A DNA stretch of 64,000 nt from Nitrosopumilus sp. (GCA_965207445.1 CBDBLX010000002.1:512001-576000); one strand, 5' to 3'. Positions 1-11,025 are shown, counted from the first letter of the stretch. Numbers and translations are program-made. Notes: generated by a model not told the origin, from the letters alone.

Positions 1-958
1 AGTTCTTGCTGTTTTATGTGTAGGGCTTACACTAACTTACAAGATAACAAGTGTTCCTAACTTTGCACATGCCTCTTTTGCAATACTTGGAATGTACATG
101 ACACTAGTGGTTGCTAAAGTATTTGAAATATCAGTATATGCCGCGCTACCACTTGCATTTCTTGCATCAGGTGCGCTATCACTGTTTATGTATTATGGTA
201 TCATACGTATACTCCAAAAGAAAAAGTCGTCTTTAATATCGCTGATAATTGCTACATTGGCATTTGATATATTCATGATCGGCATTCTGAACATCTTTGC
301 AGATGGACTACGTAATACGTATCAGATTCACTCTCGTGATTTTACACTACGGAGTTTTGATATAGTTGTTGGCGGAGATGGTGGCATGCCGTTAGTGTTC
401 ATTGCAGCAATTATAATTCTCGCAGGACTTGCATTGGGATTGTATTATCTACTATATAGGACGAGCTTTGGAATAAGTATGAGGGGTGCTATAGAAAATG
501 AAACCCTAGCTCAAACACTTGGAATAAACACCCAACTGATATTCTCATTTGGTTGGTTTGTCAGCGGTGGACTGGCAGGAATAGCAGGTGTGTTGATGGC
601 AATGTGGTTTCAAGGAGACCCAAGTTTAGCTGCAATAATGCTTCCGAGTATATTTGCAGGAAGTATAGTCGGTGGATTTTCAAGCATATATGGTGCAATA
701 TTAGGTGGGCTTTTAGTTGGTGTCTCAGAGGTAGTGGGAACAAGTGTACTTGTTGATATTGTAGGATACTGGGTTATATCATACAGGCCAGTTATACCAT
801 TCATTGCAATGATCGTGACGCTGATGGTGCTACCTGGTGGCCTCATACAGATAATAACAAAATATTCACGCTCAAGGGCCTCCAAGCCCAAGACAACTGA
901 TAACAAGAGTGTGTCCAAAAGTGAAAACGATGATCAAAGAGGAGGAGCAAACAGATAA
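1..958 (+). CDS. livH: Branched-chain amino acid ABC transporter permease (LivH-like), 5'-truncated by the window edge
   Basis: Frame open from base 2 (VLAVLCVGLTLTYKITSVPNFAHASF, typical LivH N-terminus); RTSFGISMRGAIENETLAQTLGIN motif; hydrophobic throughout. Confidence 0.88.
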   Translation, partial: VLAVLCVGLTLTYKITSVPNFAHASFAILGMYMTLVVAKVFEISVYAALPLAFLASGALSLFMYYGIIRILQKKKSSLISLIIATLAFDIFMIGILNIFADGLRNTYQIHSRDFTLRSFDIVVGGDGGMPLVFIAAIIILAGLALGLYYLLYRTSFGISMRGAIENETLAQTLGINTQLIFSFGWFVSGGLAGIAGVLMAMWFQGDPSLAAIMLPSIFAGSIVGGFSSIYGAILGGLLVGVSEVVGTSVLVDIVGYWVISYRPVIPFIAMIVTLMVLPGGLIQIITKYSRSRASKPKTTDNKSVSKSENDDQRGGANR

Positions 959-2073
959 TGGCACTTGATCCTGCTGTAATATTTATCGGTGATCTGATCG
1001 CCATATTTTCAATATATCTGATTATTAACTTGAGCTTGAATCTAGAATTTGGATTTGGCGGTGTTCCAAATTTTGGAAAAGTCCTAGCCGTTGCAGCAGG
1101 TGCTTTTGTGGTGGGAACTATCCCATTTGGACTATTTATGCTCTTTATTGATTATGGCGGACTTGATCCTGTCGATGATAATATTATGCTTATCCATCAG
1201 ATCAATGCATACATTGCAGACAATCCTGGATCTGCATTTTTTGTCTTTGCAGTGACACTTATTGTGGCAATTGCAGTGGGTGGACTGTTGGGATTAGCTT
1301 CTGCGTATCCGGCCATACGCTTGCGTGGAGACTATCTTGCAATGACATTGTTAGGATTCGGCGAAGTCATAAGAATTATTGGAATGAACTATACGCCACT
1401 TGTTGGTGGAACTCTGGGCGTCTCTGTTCCTGACATGTTGTCATTTGTACCAAACGAGTATAGATTTTTGCTTGCCAGTCTGGTGTTACTCGGATTTGCA
1501 GGCGCCGCATATTTGGTTGTATCTAAATTTACCAACTCTCCTGTAGGTCGATTACTCCGGTCTAATCGTGATGATGAATTAGCTATAAGTACGTTAGGTC
1601 GTGATCCTGTGAAGATAAAATTCAAGGTAATGATACTTGCAGGAATGCTTGGTGCAGTAGGAGGTGTAATGTATGCATCATATGTGGAAGGTGTGGTTGC
1701 ATTTGGATACAATAGACTTAACTGGACATTTTTACCATTTGTAATGATTATCGTTGGTGGCATGGCAAACAACAAGGGTGTACTAGTTGGAACATTCTTG
1801 TTTGTAGCAGTTCGTAAATTGGTGGTATATTATAATGATGCACTTGAAGGCACGCTTCCATTTGACATTATATGGATTGACTATCTGGCGTTGGGCGGTG
1901 TTATGATACTTGTGTTAATATTCCGACCACGCGGACTTATACCTGAAAGACCACAAAAGACCAAGAGTTTGGAAAAGGGTAGTGGTGGTGGTGATGATGA
2001 ATCGCCACCTGGTAATGAAAAACCACCGCCTGACAGTAATAAGAGTGCGTCACGAGTTCCTATATCCAATTAG
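958..2073 (+). CDS. livM: Branched-chain amino acid ABC transporter permease (LivM-like)
   Basis: SLNLEFGFGGVPNFG, RLRGDYLAMTLLGFGE, SPVGRLLRSNRDDELA and FRPRGL motifs; TAATG overlap with livH. Confidence 0.88.
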   Translation: MALDPAVIFIGDLIAIFSIYLIINLSLNLEFGFGGVPNFGKVLAVAAGAFVVGTIPFGLFMLFIDYGGLDPVDDNIMLIHQINAYIADNPGSAFFVFAVTLIVAIAVGGLLGLASAYPAIRLRGDYLAMTLLGFGEVIRIIGMNYTPLVGGTLGVSVPDMLSFVPNEYRFLLASLVLLGFAGAAYLVVSKFTNSPVGRLLRSNRDDELAISTLGRDPVKIKFKVMILAGMLGAVGGVMYASYVEGVVAFGYNRLNWTFLPFVMIIVGGMANNKGVLVGTFLFVAVRKLVVYYNDALEGTLPFDIIWIDYLALGGVMILVLIFRPRGLIPERPQKTKSLEKGSGGGDDESPPGNEKPPPDSNKSASRVPISN

Positions 2074-2180
2074 TTTGTGACACACAACTAAAATTAATAA
2101 TTTATAAAATGATTATTTACATATAATGAATTTAATTGTTTTATCAACGTACATATTTTACGAAATATCCATACCAATAT

Positions 2181-2268
2181 GCGGGAGTCGCCCAGCCTGG
2201 TCAACGGCGTAAGGTTCAGGTCCTTATCTCTTAGGAGTTCGTGGGTTCAAATCCCATCTCCCGCACCA
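2181..2268 (+). tRNA. tRNA-Leu(CAG)
   Basis: GCGGGAG/CTCCCGC acceptor stem, anticodon arm TAAGG-TTCAGGT-CCTTA, long variable arm, GGTTCAAATCC T-loop, encoded ACCA. Confidence 0.95.
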
Positions 2269-2345
2269 TTACTTTGGAATTACACACATCTTGAAAAGAT
2301 CTAGAATAATTTTGATGATGCAATGTTTAAGAATTAATATGACTC

Positions 2346-3215
2346 TTGAATATGACACTAGTTATGATGCGATCAAAGAAGACCATTGTTGGAATTACCA
2401 TAGTAGGACCTGACAAGGAAGGGGTCGTAGCAGCATTTACCAACTTTGTGTTTGAATGGGGTGGGAATGTAGAAAAGATAAATCAAAATGTCATTAAAGG
2501 ATTGTTTGGCATGTATCTTGAAGCATCATTCACCAATAAAATGGAGTCTGAAAAATTTGATGAACATATACAACGTCTTGCATCCGTGTATGGTATGGAG
2601 GTCACTGTGCACTACGAGTCAAACTCCCAAAAGAATATTGCCATAATGGTTACAAAAGAACCGTTATGTCTTGATACCATACTACAGCATATGGCGTCCC
2701 TTGTAGGGAAGGTATCTGTAATAATTGGAACAGAAAAAACATTAGAATATCTTGCCAAACAATATGATGTGCCATTTGTATCAATTCAAGATAGAAATCA
2801 ATCAAAAGCAGAATCCAAAATACTCAAGGTGTGCAAAAAATATGATATAGATTTGATAATACTTGCACGATACATGCGTATTCTGACACCGAATTTTGTA
2901 TGGCGGTACCCTAATCGCATCATAAACATTCATCCGTCTCTACTACCTGCATTCCCCGGAGCATCTGCATATGAGCAAGCTTATGAGCGTGGAACAAAGA
3001 TAGTTGGTGTGACTGCACACTATGTATCTGAGGACCTTGACCAAGGTCCAATAATCCTACAAGACTCGTTTACCGTTGATCCTAATGATGCCCTCGTCGA
3101 TCTTAAAATGAGTGGACAACAGTTAGAAGCAAAGACACTTTTGAGGGCAATAAAACTACACCTCTCAAATAGACTAGATGTAAGATGGCGTAAAGTCCAT
3201 GTAAGAAGGAGATAG
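2346..3215 (+). CDS. purU: Formyltetrahydrofolate deformylase (start possibly 2364/2367)
   Basis: N-terminal ACT domain (GPDKEGVVA), LARYMRIL, INIHPSLLPAFPGA, GVTAHYVSEDLDQGPII. Confidence 0.93.
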   Translation: MNMTLVMMRSKKTIVGITIVGPDKEGVVAAFTNFVFEWGGNVEKINQNVIKGLFGMYLEASFTNKMESEKFDEHIQRLASVYGMEVTVHYESNSQKNIAIMVTKEPLCLDTILQHMASLVGKVSVIIGTEKTLEYLAKQYDVPFVSIQDRNQSKAESKILKVCKKYDIDLIILARYMRILTPNFVWRYPNRIINIHPSLLPAFPGASAYEQAYERGTKIVGVTAHYVSEDLDQGPIILQDSFTVDPNDALVDLKMSGQQLEAKTLLRAIKLHLSNRLDVRWRKVHVRRR

Positions 3216-3219
3216 ACTC

Positions 3220-4038
3220 ATGCATCTGCCATCTGTTAGCCCACAACTGTATGTAGATGCAAGTATGCAGTCTGATTCTGTCATTAGAGATGCTATAACT
3301 AGTGGAATGCATACTGCGATAATACCTGTTGGCTCTACAGAACAACACGGACCACACTTGCCAGTATCCACTGATTCTGACATTGCGCTAGAGGTATCTC
3401 GACTGATATCTAAAAAAAATGGATATTTGTTAATGCCTGTCATACCATATGGCGTCTCATATGAGCATGCACCACTCTTTCAGACAAGCATCCGACCTTT
3501 TGTCTTGTATGCAATTATACTTGATGTGTGTGCATCACTACACACGTGTGGAATATGCAATGTGATAATTATCAATGCTCACCACGGAAACATCGATGCA
3601 CTTGACAAGCTTTGTACATCCTCACATCAGGCACAAATTGCATATTTGCAAGATAACATACAGCAACAAACTGATGCACAAAAAGAGCAAAAAATACCCC
3701 CCCCGTATAATCTCCCAAAAATCCATCTGTTTCATTATTGGCGATATATGGATGCCAAACTGGGCCATGCAGGATTTACAGAAACCTCTATGATGCTTAC
3801 TATATCCCCAAATACTGTGATAATGAAACGCGCCATAAAAGGTTTGATAACGGATCACATGTCTGATGATGAACTAAAGCGTGTTTCTGCATTTGCGCTC
3901 AAATCATTTCCAGAGGCTACTGGAAATGGTATTTGGGGTGATCCTAGAGGTGCTTCTGCCCAAGTAGGTAAATCGTTGTTAGAAGAAGCAGCATCTAATA
4001 TTGCTAAAATCTGTATTGAAAAGTGCAAAGGATCATGA
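3220..4038 (+). CDS. Creatininase/creatinine amidohydrolase family protein (ArfB/MftE-like)
   Basis: PVGSTEQHGPHLPVSTD, INAHHGN, HAGFTETS and NGIWGDPRGAS motifs. Confidence 0.88.
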   Translation: MHLPSVSPQLYVDASMQSDSVIRDAITSGMHTAIIPVGSTEQHGPHLPVSTDSDIALEVSRLISKKNGYLLMPVIPYGVSYEHAPLFQTSIRPFVLYAIILDVCASLHTCGICNVIIINAHHGNIDALDKLCTSSHQAQIAYLQDNIQQQTDAQKEQKIPPPYNLPKIHLFHYWRYMDAKLGHAGFTETSMMLTISPNTVIMKRAIKGLITDHMSDDELKRVSAFALKSFPEATGNGIWGDPRGASAQVGKSLLEEAASNIAKICIEKCKGS

Positions 4039-4174
4039 TAAACACCATTACCAAACACCATACCTAAAAATTATATGTGTAAATATAGTATTTTTAGAAA
4101 TTTTTAAACATATCTATTATAATTATATTTTATTTATATAAATATAATTTATAAATTAGATTTAACACTTGATA

Positions 4175-5566
4175 CTAATATTCTGTGCGGGTGAGTTTCC
4201 ACGATCCTCTACTACTATTATTCTTAAAACCTTCCCCCTCATCATCTAATCTAGAGTAATTGCCAAATGCTTTTTTCCTGAATATTTTTGTTGCATTTGG
4301 ATCTGCACCTAATTTTTCTGCCATCTCAACGCATTCTATTGCCTCATCTATTCTTCCAAGGTTTTTTAACATTACACTTTTGTTAAGTTGTATGTTGAAA
4401 TTATGTGGTGCCTTTTTGATTGCCATGTCCATAAATTTGATCGCTTCGTGTATCTTGCCTGTTGAGAACAATATCAACCCTTTGTGGTGAAGAGAGCTTG
4501 GATGTTCTGGGTTAAATTTGAGCGCTTTGTCAATGAACTTTAGTGCTTTGTTGTGGTTGCCCAAGTTAAACAAAGATGTTCCAATTATATGATTATTATA
4601 CCAGTTATCAGGATCTTTATGCACAATACTCTGGGCTTGCTGTAGCGCTTCTTTATATTTGCCTAAGTTTAGGTAGGCTGTTCCTATATTCACTTGAGTC
4701 TCATAATCATCAGGATCGATTTTTGCTGCTTTTTTGAGATACTTTATTGCTCTATCTGCTTCATCTCTATTGATCATAATATCGCCTATAATCTTGTATG
4801 CGTCTGCTCTATTGGGATCTATCTCTATGGCAGTTTTAATGGATTCTCGAGCCTCTTTGAACATTTTCATCTTTACGAGAAACTCTGCTTTGTTGATATG
4901 ATGTGTGTATTCTTTTGGTTCTATTTGTACCGCTTTATCTAATGCTTGTATTGCTTCATTGTCACGACCCATTTCATGCAAACACATTGCCTTTTGCTCA
5001 TATGCAGACGCGTTATGTGGGTTCATTTGTGTGAATTTGTCTAAATATAATAACCCAATATTATATTCTTTGAAATTTATGCATTTTTGTATGAATTCTT
5101 TATGTAATATGTAATCCGTGTTTATTGATGCTGCCTTTTCTATGCATGCTTTAAGATCTTCTGGTCTTTTTATAATTTTCATTAAAAATGCATTCATTTG
5201 ATGTGCGTATAAGCAATTTGAATCCAAGCTAATTGCTTTGTCTATTAGTTCTAGTGCTGTGTCATATTCTTTTATAAACATTAATGCTTGTCCACTATTT
5301 GCATATACAATTGGGCTAATACCCTCTCTAGTTTTTATATGTTCATTGATAAACTTGTACACTTCTTGATTTTTCTCCAATACCAAAAGCGTATTTATTT
5401 TAGCAATACATGCTAGTTCATTACTTGGTTCTATTGATAAGATTTTATCATACATTTCTAGTGACTTGCCATATGATTCTCGTTCTTTGTATTTTTCGGC
5501 TGTATTAAAATATTCTTTAATATCTTTTGGACCTTTTGCTTTTTTATCAAATTTTGGAAACTTCAT
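4175..5566 (-). CDS. Tetratricopeptide repeat protein
   Basis: About 11 consecutive ~34 aa helical repeats of the type A..x.DKAIxIxP. Confidence 0.88.
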   Translation of the reverse strand: MKFPKFDKKAKGPKDIKEYFNTAEKYKERESYGKSLEMYDKILSIEPSNELACIAKINTLLVLEKNQEVYKFINEHIKTREGISPIVYANSGQALMFIKEYDTALELIDKAISLDSNCLYAHQMNAFLMKIIKRPEDLKACIEKAASINTDYILHKEFIQKCINFKEYNIGLLYLDKFTQMNPHNASAYEQKAMCLHEMGRDNEAIQALDKAVQIEPKEYTHHINKAEFLVKMKMFKEARESIKTAIEIDPNRADAYKIIGDIMINRDEADRAIKYLKKAAKIDPDDYETQVNIGTAYLNLGKYKEALQQAQSIVHKDPDNWYNNHIIGTSLFNLGNHNKALKFIDKALKFNPEHPSSLHHKGLILFSTGKIHEAIKFMDMAIKKAPHNFNIQLNKSVMLKNLGRIDEAIECVEMAEKLGADPNATKIFRKKAFGNYSRLDDEGEGFKNNSSRGSWKLTRTEY

Positions 5567-5994
5567 AATCTTATGCTTGACAAAGTAAAATATTAGTGTG
5601 TTTTTATCACAATTTTACTTTTATAATCAAAATTTTGACATGTTTATCATTATGGCTATGTAGACTGAATACTATAATGGCGCCTGTTTAACACTTGTGT
5701 CTGTATTAGAGACGAGATGGTCTAATTTGCGCTTAAAATGTGGGCGGCGGGGGGAGATGCGGGTGAAACGTGATGATTTAATGATTGTCGTGTAATGTGT
5801 TGACACCTAATACCTTATTCTTTAGAGTTTTTGAACTGACTTGTATTTGTTGATTGGTATAACATGTTGATTAGTCGCATCTTGATAGTAGTGTGAAATA
5901 ACATTTTACGTATTTCACCATGTATTTTTATATTGAATATTTACATTTATTCTCATAAGACACACATTTATCATGCAAAATAAATGCATATAAT

Positions 5995-8900
5995 ATGGCA
6001 TTAAAACCACCTAACAAACAGCTTGCAAACAAAGCTTTTTTGGCACTAGAGTCACATCGATTAAAACATGCATTCTCATTTGATCCACTGCTCTCTATGC
6101 GCGTCTCAAATGTAGATTCGCTTCCGCACCAGATAGAAGCAGTGTATGAACATGTGCTCAAAAAACATAGAATTCGATTCATGCTTGCACATGACCCTGG
6201 TGCTGGCAAGACGATTATGGCAGGTTTAATACTCAAGGACTTGAAGATGCGTAACATTGTCAAGCGTGTACTAGTTGTAGTACCTGGACAGCTTCGTGAG
6301 CAGTGGAAATGGGAGCTGAAGAATCGTTTTGATCTAGACTTTGATATAGTGACTAGGGATACCTTTACACAAAAGGGGCGCACTGGGGTGTGGGAAGATG
6401 ATCTCTTGGTCACATCGATTGACTTTGCAAAGCGCGATGATGTGTTAAAATCCCTTCGAGATGCTCGGTTTGATCTTGTAATTGTGGACGAGGCTCATAA
6501 AATGAGTGCATATTCATACGGACGAACAACAAGCAAAACTAAACGATATCATCTCGGAGAAGCACTATCACTGTCCTCAAAACACATGTTGTTTTTGACT
6601 GCTACCCCACACAAGGGCGATGCTCAGAACTTTAGACTATTGTTAGATTTACTAGAACCTGGGTTTTTCTCTGCTGCAGGTATGATTGAAGACTCTGTGC
6701 GAGAAGGGTTCAATCCTGTATTTTTGAGACGTGCCAAGGAGGATATGGTGGACTTTGATGGAGCTCCCTTATTTGTTCCTAGAGAGGTGCGTACACCTGA
6801 TGTACGTCTCTCAAAACATGAAAAGACATTGTATACTGCAATGTCAAAATACGTGACAGAACAATACAACTTGGCAACTCGTTCTGTCAAAAGTCACAAT
6901 ATTACATTTGCACTTATCATACTTCAACGACGCTTTGCATCGAGCATATACGCCCTGACAAAGTCACTCAAACGTCGCATGGATAAGCTAGAGCAGATTG
7001 AAAGAGCTGCTGAAAAGGTATCTTTTGATGATATATCTGATGACTATGTTGAAAAAGTCGATGAAATGTCTGAAAAGGAAAGATGGGAAGAAGAACAAAA
7101 ATGGGAATTAATTACTGCTGCTCAAAATATGGATGAACTCAGGGCGGAAATAGACATTATTGCAGACTTGATACAAAAAGCTCAAAAGGTGATAGGTTCT
7201 GAAGCAAAACTATTTCAACTCAAAGAGATGCTTGAGAATCTCGACAAGACAAACCCTAATGAAAAGATTCTCATCTTTACAGAATCCAAGGATACATTAG
7301 ATTACCTAACAGAACATGTTCGATCATGGGGATACTCGGTCAACAATATACATGGTTCGATGGGTGGAACTGAGAGAAAAGAGGCAGAAAATATATTTAA
7401 AAACGATACTCGTATCATGGTTGCCACTGAAGCTGCAGGTGAGGGAATAAACCTACAATTTTGTAGACTCATGATAAATTATGATCTGCCATGGAATCCA
7501 AACCGATTAGAACAGCGAATGGGTCGAATACACAGATACGGACAAAAACTTGATGTGAATATATTTAATCTGGTCATTGCTGATACCCGTGAAGGTGAGA
7601 TATTAATTAGACTTTTTGAGAAGCTTGAACATATAAGATCTGTCATGGGAAATGACAAGATATTTGATGTAATCAGTGACATTGTTCCTGGAAAGAGCCT
7701 TGCACAACTCATGTTAGATGCAACTGTAAAATCCAAAGGACAAAAAAAGATCATATCTGAACTTGACACAATAATGGGGGACACTGAAGCTGTCAAGGAA
7801 CAGATGCAAGACAACTTTACCTCTAGACGTATGGATGATAAGAGTTTAAAAATGCTACAGGCAACTGTTCGTGAAAATAGTCTTGTTCCTGAGTATTCTA
7901 AAAATTTGTTTTGTGATATCGTAGACACCGCAGGTGGTAATGTGAAGAGTGGTGATGATTATGAAGGACTAACGACAAACATTACCGTACCCAAATTACT
8001 GTTATCTGATGATCATGATTCATCAAAGGATATCACGGCAGTCTTTGATGCATATGCACACGAGCAGATACCTAATACTGATTTAGTGACGTTTGGGCAT
8101 GTTATGTTTGATGCTGCGCTTGAATGGGCCATGTCTCAATTCACATCGAGTGCTATGGATGGAAAGACAACCGTACTAGACCCGACTGGAAGACTTGATG
8201 GCAATATTGCATTTTATACTGGCAGTGTGGTTTATGGAATAACTGGTGAGCAAGTATCATCTCATATGATCGCATGTATTGTTGATCTCAAGGCAGGTAC
8301 AGCAAAATGCATACCATCATCAGTTATCTTGGATCTTGATTGGAATTATGACAAAAAGACAGATGATGACTTTATGGATTCTGAGGGTATTGAATATGTG
8401 CAAAAGATGGCAACTGATGCTGTTAATACTCAGCTAGACTCGTATGCAAGTGCGATAGCTGATGAGGGGCGTATACAGGCTAATATGGCTCAAAAGTATG
8501 GACTTCACTCATTGGATGCCTTGCTTGATGGGATCGAATCTGATATAATGCAACTGTTGGAGAAGAAACGCCGCGGCGTCAAGGCCGATCTGGCAATATA
8601 TAACAAGAGACAGGATCGTATCAAATACAGAACTGCTCGACGTAACATGGAGGAGCGTATAAAATCCGATACAAATTTGACTGTTGATAATATAAAGTGC
8701 GTTGGAATGATCAGAGTGATGCCTGGAACTTTTGCTCAATCTGCCAAGAAACTCTCTGCTGTTGAATTTGCCATTGAATTTGAACACGCCCGCGGCCGTA
8801 CTCCTGTGAATATGTCTCATGAATGGAATGGATATGACATACGCTCTGCTCCAATGGATAGTGGTGGTGGTAGTAATAGTGGTAGTAGTGGCAACAACCG

Positions 8901-9150
8901 TAGTAGTAGTAGTAGTGGCAGTGATGTCAGGTACATATTGGCACTCAAAGAGCAAGACGGTTGGGTGTATTTTACTACCAATGAATGGCTCAAGGCCTTG
9001 ACACTTGGGGAGAGATATTATCTTTATGTGATACGCGGTGTGATGCAAGAGCCACTCGTACTATCTGATCCTGCTCATGTATTGCGATCTGAACGACGAG
9101 GTACTACATACTGTGTAAGTGTAGACCGTATACTATCGTCATTATCATAA
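5995..9150 (+). CDS. SNF2-family helicase with C-terminal DUF3883 (NO VEIN-like) domain
   Basis: LPHQIEAV, AHDPGAGKT, DEAH, LTATPHKG, ATEAAGEGINLQ, YDLPWNPNRLEQRMGRIHRYGQ; C-terminal GYDIRS...FTTNEW...YYLYVI. Confidence 0.88.
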   Translation: MALKPPNKQLANKAFLALESHRLKHAFSFDPLLSMRVSNVDSLPHQIEAVYEHVLKKHRIRFMLAHDPGAGKTIMAGLILKDLKMRNIVKRVLVVVPGQLREQWKWELKNRFDLDFDIVTRDTFTQKGRTGVWEDDLLVTSIDFAKRDDVLKSLRDARFDLVIVDEAHKMSAYSYGRTTSKTKRYHLGEALSLSSKHMLFLTATPHKGDAQNFRLLLDLLEPGFFSAAGMIEDSVREGFNPVFLRRAKEDMVDFDGAPLFVPREVRTPDVRLSKHEKTLYTAMSKYVTEQYNLATRSVKSHNITFALIILQRRFASSIYALTKSLKRRMDKLEQIERAAEKVSFDDISDDYVEKVDEMSEKERWEEEQKWELITAAQNMDELRAEIDIIADLIQKAQKVIGSEAKLFQLKEMLENLDKTNPNEKILIFTESKDTLDYLTEHVRSWGYSVNNIHGSMGGTERKEAENIFKNDTRIMVATEAAGEGINLQFCRLMINYDLPWNPNRLEQRMGRIHRYGQKLDVNIFNLVIADTREGEILIRLFEKLEHIRSVMGNDKIFDVISDIVPGKSLAQLMLDATVKSKGQKKIISELDTIMGDTEAVKEQMQDNFTSRRMDDKSLKMLQATVRENSLVPEYSKNLFCDIVDTAGGNVKSGDDYEGLTTNITVPKLLLSDDHDSSKDITAVFDAYAHEQIPNTDLVTFGHVMFDAALEWAMSQFTSSAMDGKTTVLDPTGRLDGNIAFYTGSVVYGITGEQVSSHMIACIVDLKAGTAKCIPSSVILDLDWNYDKKTDDDFMDSEGIEYVQKMATDAVNTQLDSYASAIADEGRIQANMAQKYGLHSLDALLDGIESDIMQLLEKKRRGVKADLAIYNKRQDRIKYRTARRNMEERIKSDTNLTVDNIKCVGMIRVMPGTFAQSAKKLSAVEFAIEFEHARGRTPVNMSHEWNGYDIRSAPMDSGGGSNSGSSGNNRSSSSSGSDVRYILALKEQDGWVYFTTNEWLKALTLGERYYLYVIRGVMQEPLVLSDPAHVLRSERRGTTYCVSVDRILSSLS

Positions 9151-9222
9151 GTACAAGCGCTCAGGCCAAGTTGCCATTATGGCTGTGTAAGTGTAGACCG
9201 TATACTATCGCCATTATCATAA
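9111..9222. repeat. 40 bp direct repeat (1 mismatch) flanking a unique 32 bp insert
   Basis: CTGTGTAAGTGTAGACCGTATACTATCGYCATTATCATAA at 9111-9150 and 9183-9222. Confidence 0.95.
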
Positions 9223-9318
9223 TATTTGACATACAGCTACAGTTTGAGATTTTTTGAGACTTTTAGTTGTGTGTAATAATAGTCACCATCACAGTCCACA
9301 TCACAGTCCACATTATGG

Positions 9319-11025
9319 TCATTTTTCTAGTTCGTCTAACAGGGCGCGTCTAGTAGAATACTCTTCTTTTATCTTGTTTAACAACTCTTCGTATCGCTCT
9401 TTACCCTTTGGCATCTCTTTAAGTTTTCCTAAATACTTTGAGACTCGCTTATAGTGTTCTCTATTACTTTTTTCACCTACAAATTTAAAGAGTTTGTCCA
9501 TATAGCATGCTGTGTATCTCTTTGAGCTTTTACGCATCAGTTTTGCTCTATATGACAAGACAAGCTCAACATCTGATGCTTGTTCTAACACATCCATGGC
9601 CTCTTCTGGCATCTCTTCTTTTATGCACATCTCTACTGCATTTTTAGGTGATATGTCTGTCAGTCTTGATATTGTCTGTTGTATGTTATCTTTCCATTTG
9701 GGCAGTACTCGCTTGAGTCTTATTATGTAATCCCATTCACCTGTTATTGCATATAGTTTTTCCAATATACGGCCCCTATACTTGTCATCATTGTCACCAA
9801 ATAATTTGTATGCGGCCTCTAGTACATTTGCGTCATCAGGAAATGTCTCTGTTGCCTTTATTGCTATATCTTTAATGTTACCTGCTGTTGTTACTGATAA
9901 TAATGATGCTGATGATGCTGACGATGATGATGATGCTGTTGCTGATAATGTGTACAATGCCTTCAAGTATAATACGCATATACCACTGTTCAGGGGAAAA
10001 CGTTCTGCAAGTAAGTCCACTATCTTTGCGTGTTGTTTCATCTGTTCTAATACATATGACTGCATGCGTAAAATCTCAACTAACTCCTCATTACTGATAT
10101 CTCTGTCATCTGGAATAACTGCAAGTTCAAGCCAGAACTTAAAATCACTTTGTGTATTGCATATTGTCTTTAGTCCATCATAATAATGTCTGGAAAACTT
10201 GGCACTTGCAGTACCATTGTTATTTGTAGCTTTTTCAAACAAATATGATATATAATCCCGTTTTTTCTCGTGGTCTAGACGTTCCCTTAATATGGTCTCT
10301 ATCATACCCTCGAGTGCTTCTATAAAACAATCTGCATAATACCCTGTATCATCTTTTACTTCATTTACTCTCTTTGATATTGTCTCTGCAATAATTTTGT
10401 ACATACCTGCGGACTCTGAATTATCTCCTTCACGTCTCTTTCTACGTGCCTCATCGAACTGTGGTTTAAAATCTATCATCTCAGTTATCTTTCCGTCATC
10501 TTCTCTCTCTGCATTTTTGTAAAGTGTATTCATATCTCCTGAATACTTACTTACATTATAGGCTGATTTTAGTTTATTTTTTGTAATGAATTTGTGTAAC
10601 ATATTACTGTCATTTGACATTATTTTTGCAAGAAACTCCAAGGCTTGTTCTGGTGTTATATTTTCAAGAAGATTTGATGTAGTATCTTCTGTTACGTTCC
10701 CATAGATGTCAAAGCTACTTGGATTGTGGTTTAGTTGAAACAAGACTGCTACTATACAATGACACATTGTGTCTTTTTGATAAATATGTTCACATGTACA
10801 TTTTGTATAGACTTGATGGTCAAACGTTAGGGTAATTTCTGGATAGTTGATCTCCATATTAATATCACATACAGTTGCAGTTATTTCATTCTCATCTATT
10901 TCCATCTCTAAAATGTCACCGTCCTCAAAGATCCGTTTGCCTTCTTTGTACGACTTTGGGTCGGCAAGATATTCAATATCTTCTAGACCTGGAATATTCA
11001 TATCTTCGTTTTCTCTTGATGACAT
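9319..11025 (-). CDS. SWIM zinc-finger domain protein with helical C-terminal region
   Basis: SYKEGKRIFEDG...ITATV...KCTCEH..MCHCIVAVL; C-terminal NREHYKRVSKYL..RRALLDEL typical of this family. Confidence 0.75.
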   Translation of the reverse strand: MSSRENEDMNIPGLEDIEYLADPKSYKEGKRIFEDGDILEMEIDENEITATVCDINMEINYPEITLTFDHQVYTKCTCEHIYQKDTMCHCIVAVLFQLNHNPSSFDIYGNVTEDTTSNLLENITPEQALEFLAKIMSNDSNMLHKFITKNKLKSAYNVSKYSGDMNTLYKNAEREDDGKITEMIDFKPQFDEARRKRREGDNSESAGMYKIIAETISKRVNEVKDDTGYYADCFIEALEGMIETILRERLDHEKKRDYISYLFEKATNNNGTASAKFSRHYYDGLKTICNTQSDFKFWLELAVIPDDRDISNEELVEILRMQSYVLEQMKQHAKIVDLLAERFPLNSGICVLYLKALYTLSATASSSSSASSASLLSVTTAGNIKDIAIKATETFPDDANVLEAAYKLFGDNDDKYRGRILEKLYAITGEWDYIIRLKRVLPKWKDNIQQTISRLTDISPKNAVEMCIKEEMPEEAMDVLEQASDVELVLSYRAKLMRKSSKRYTACYMDKLFKFVGEKSNREHYKRVSKYLGKLKEMPKGKERYEELLNKIKEEYSTRRALLDELEK

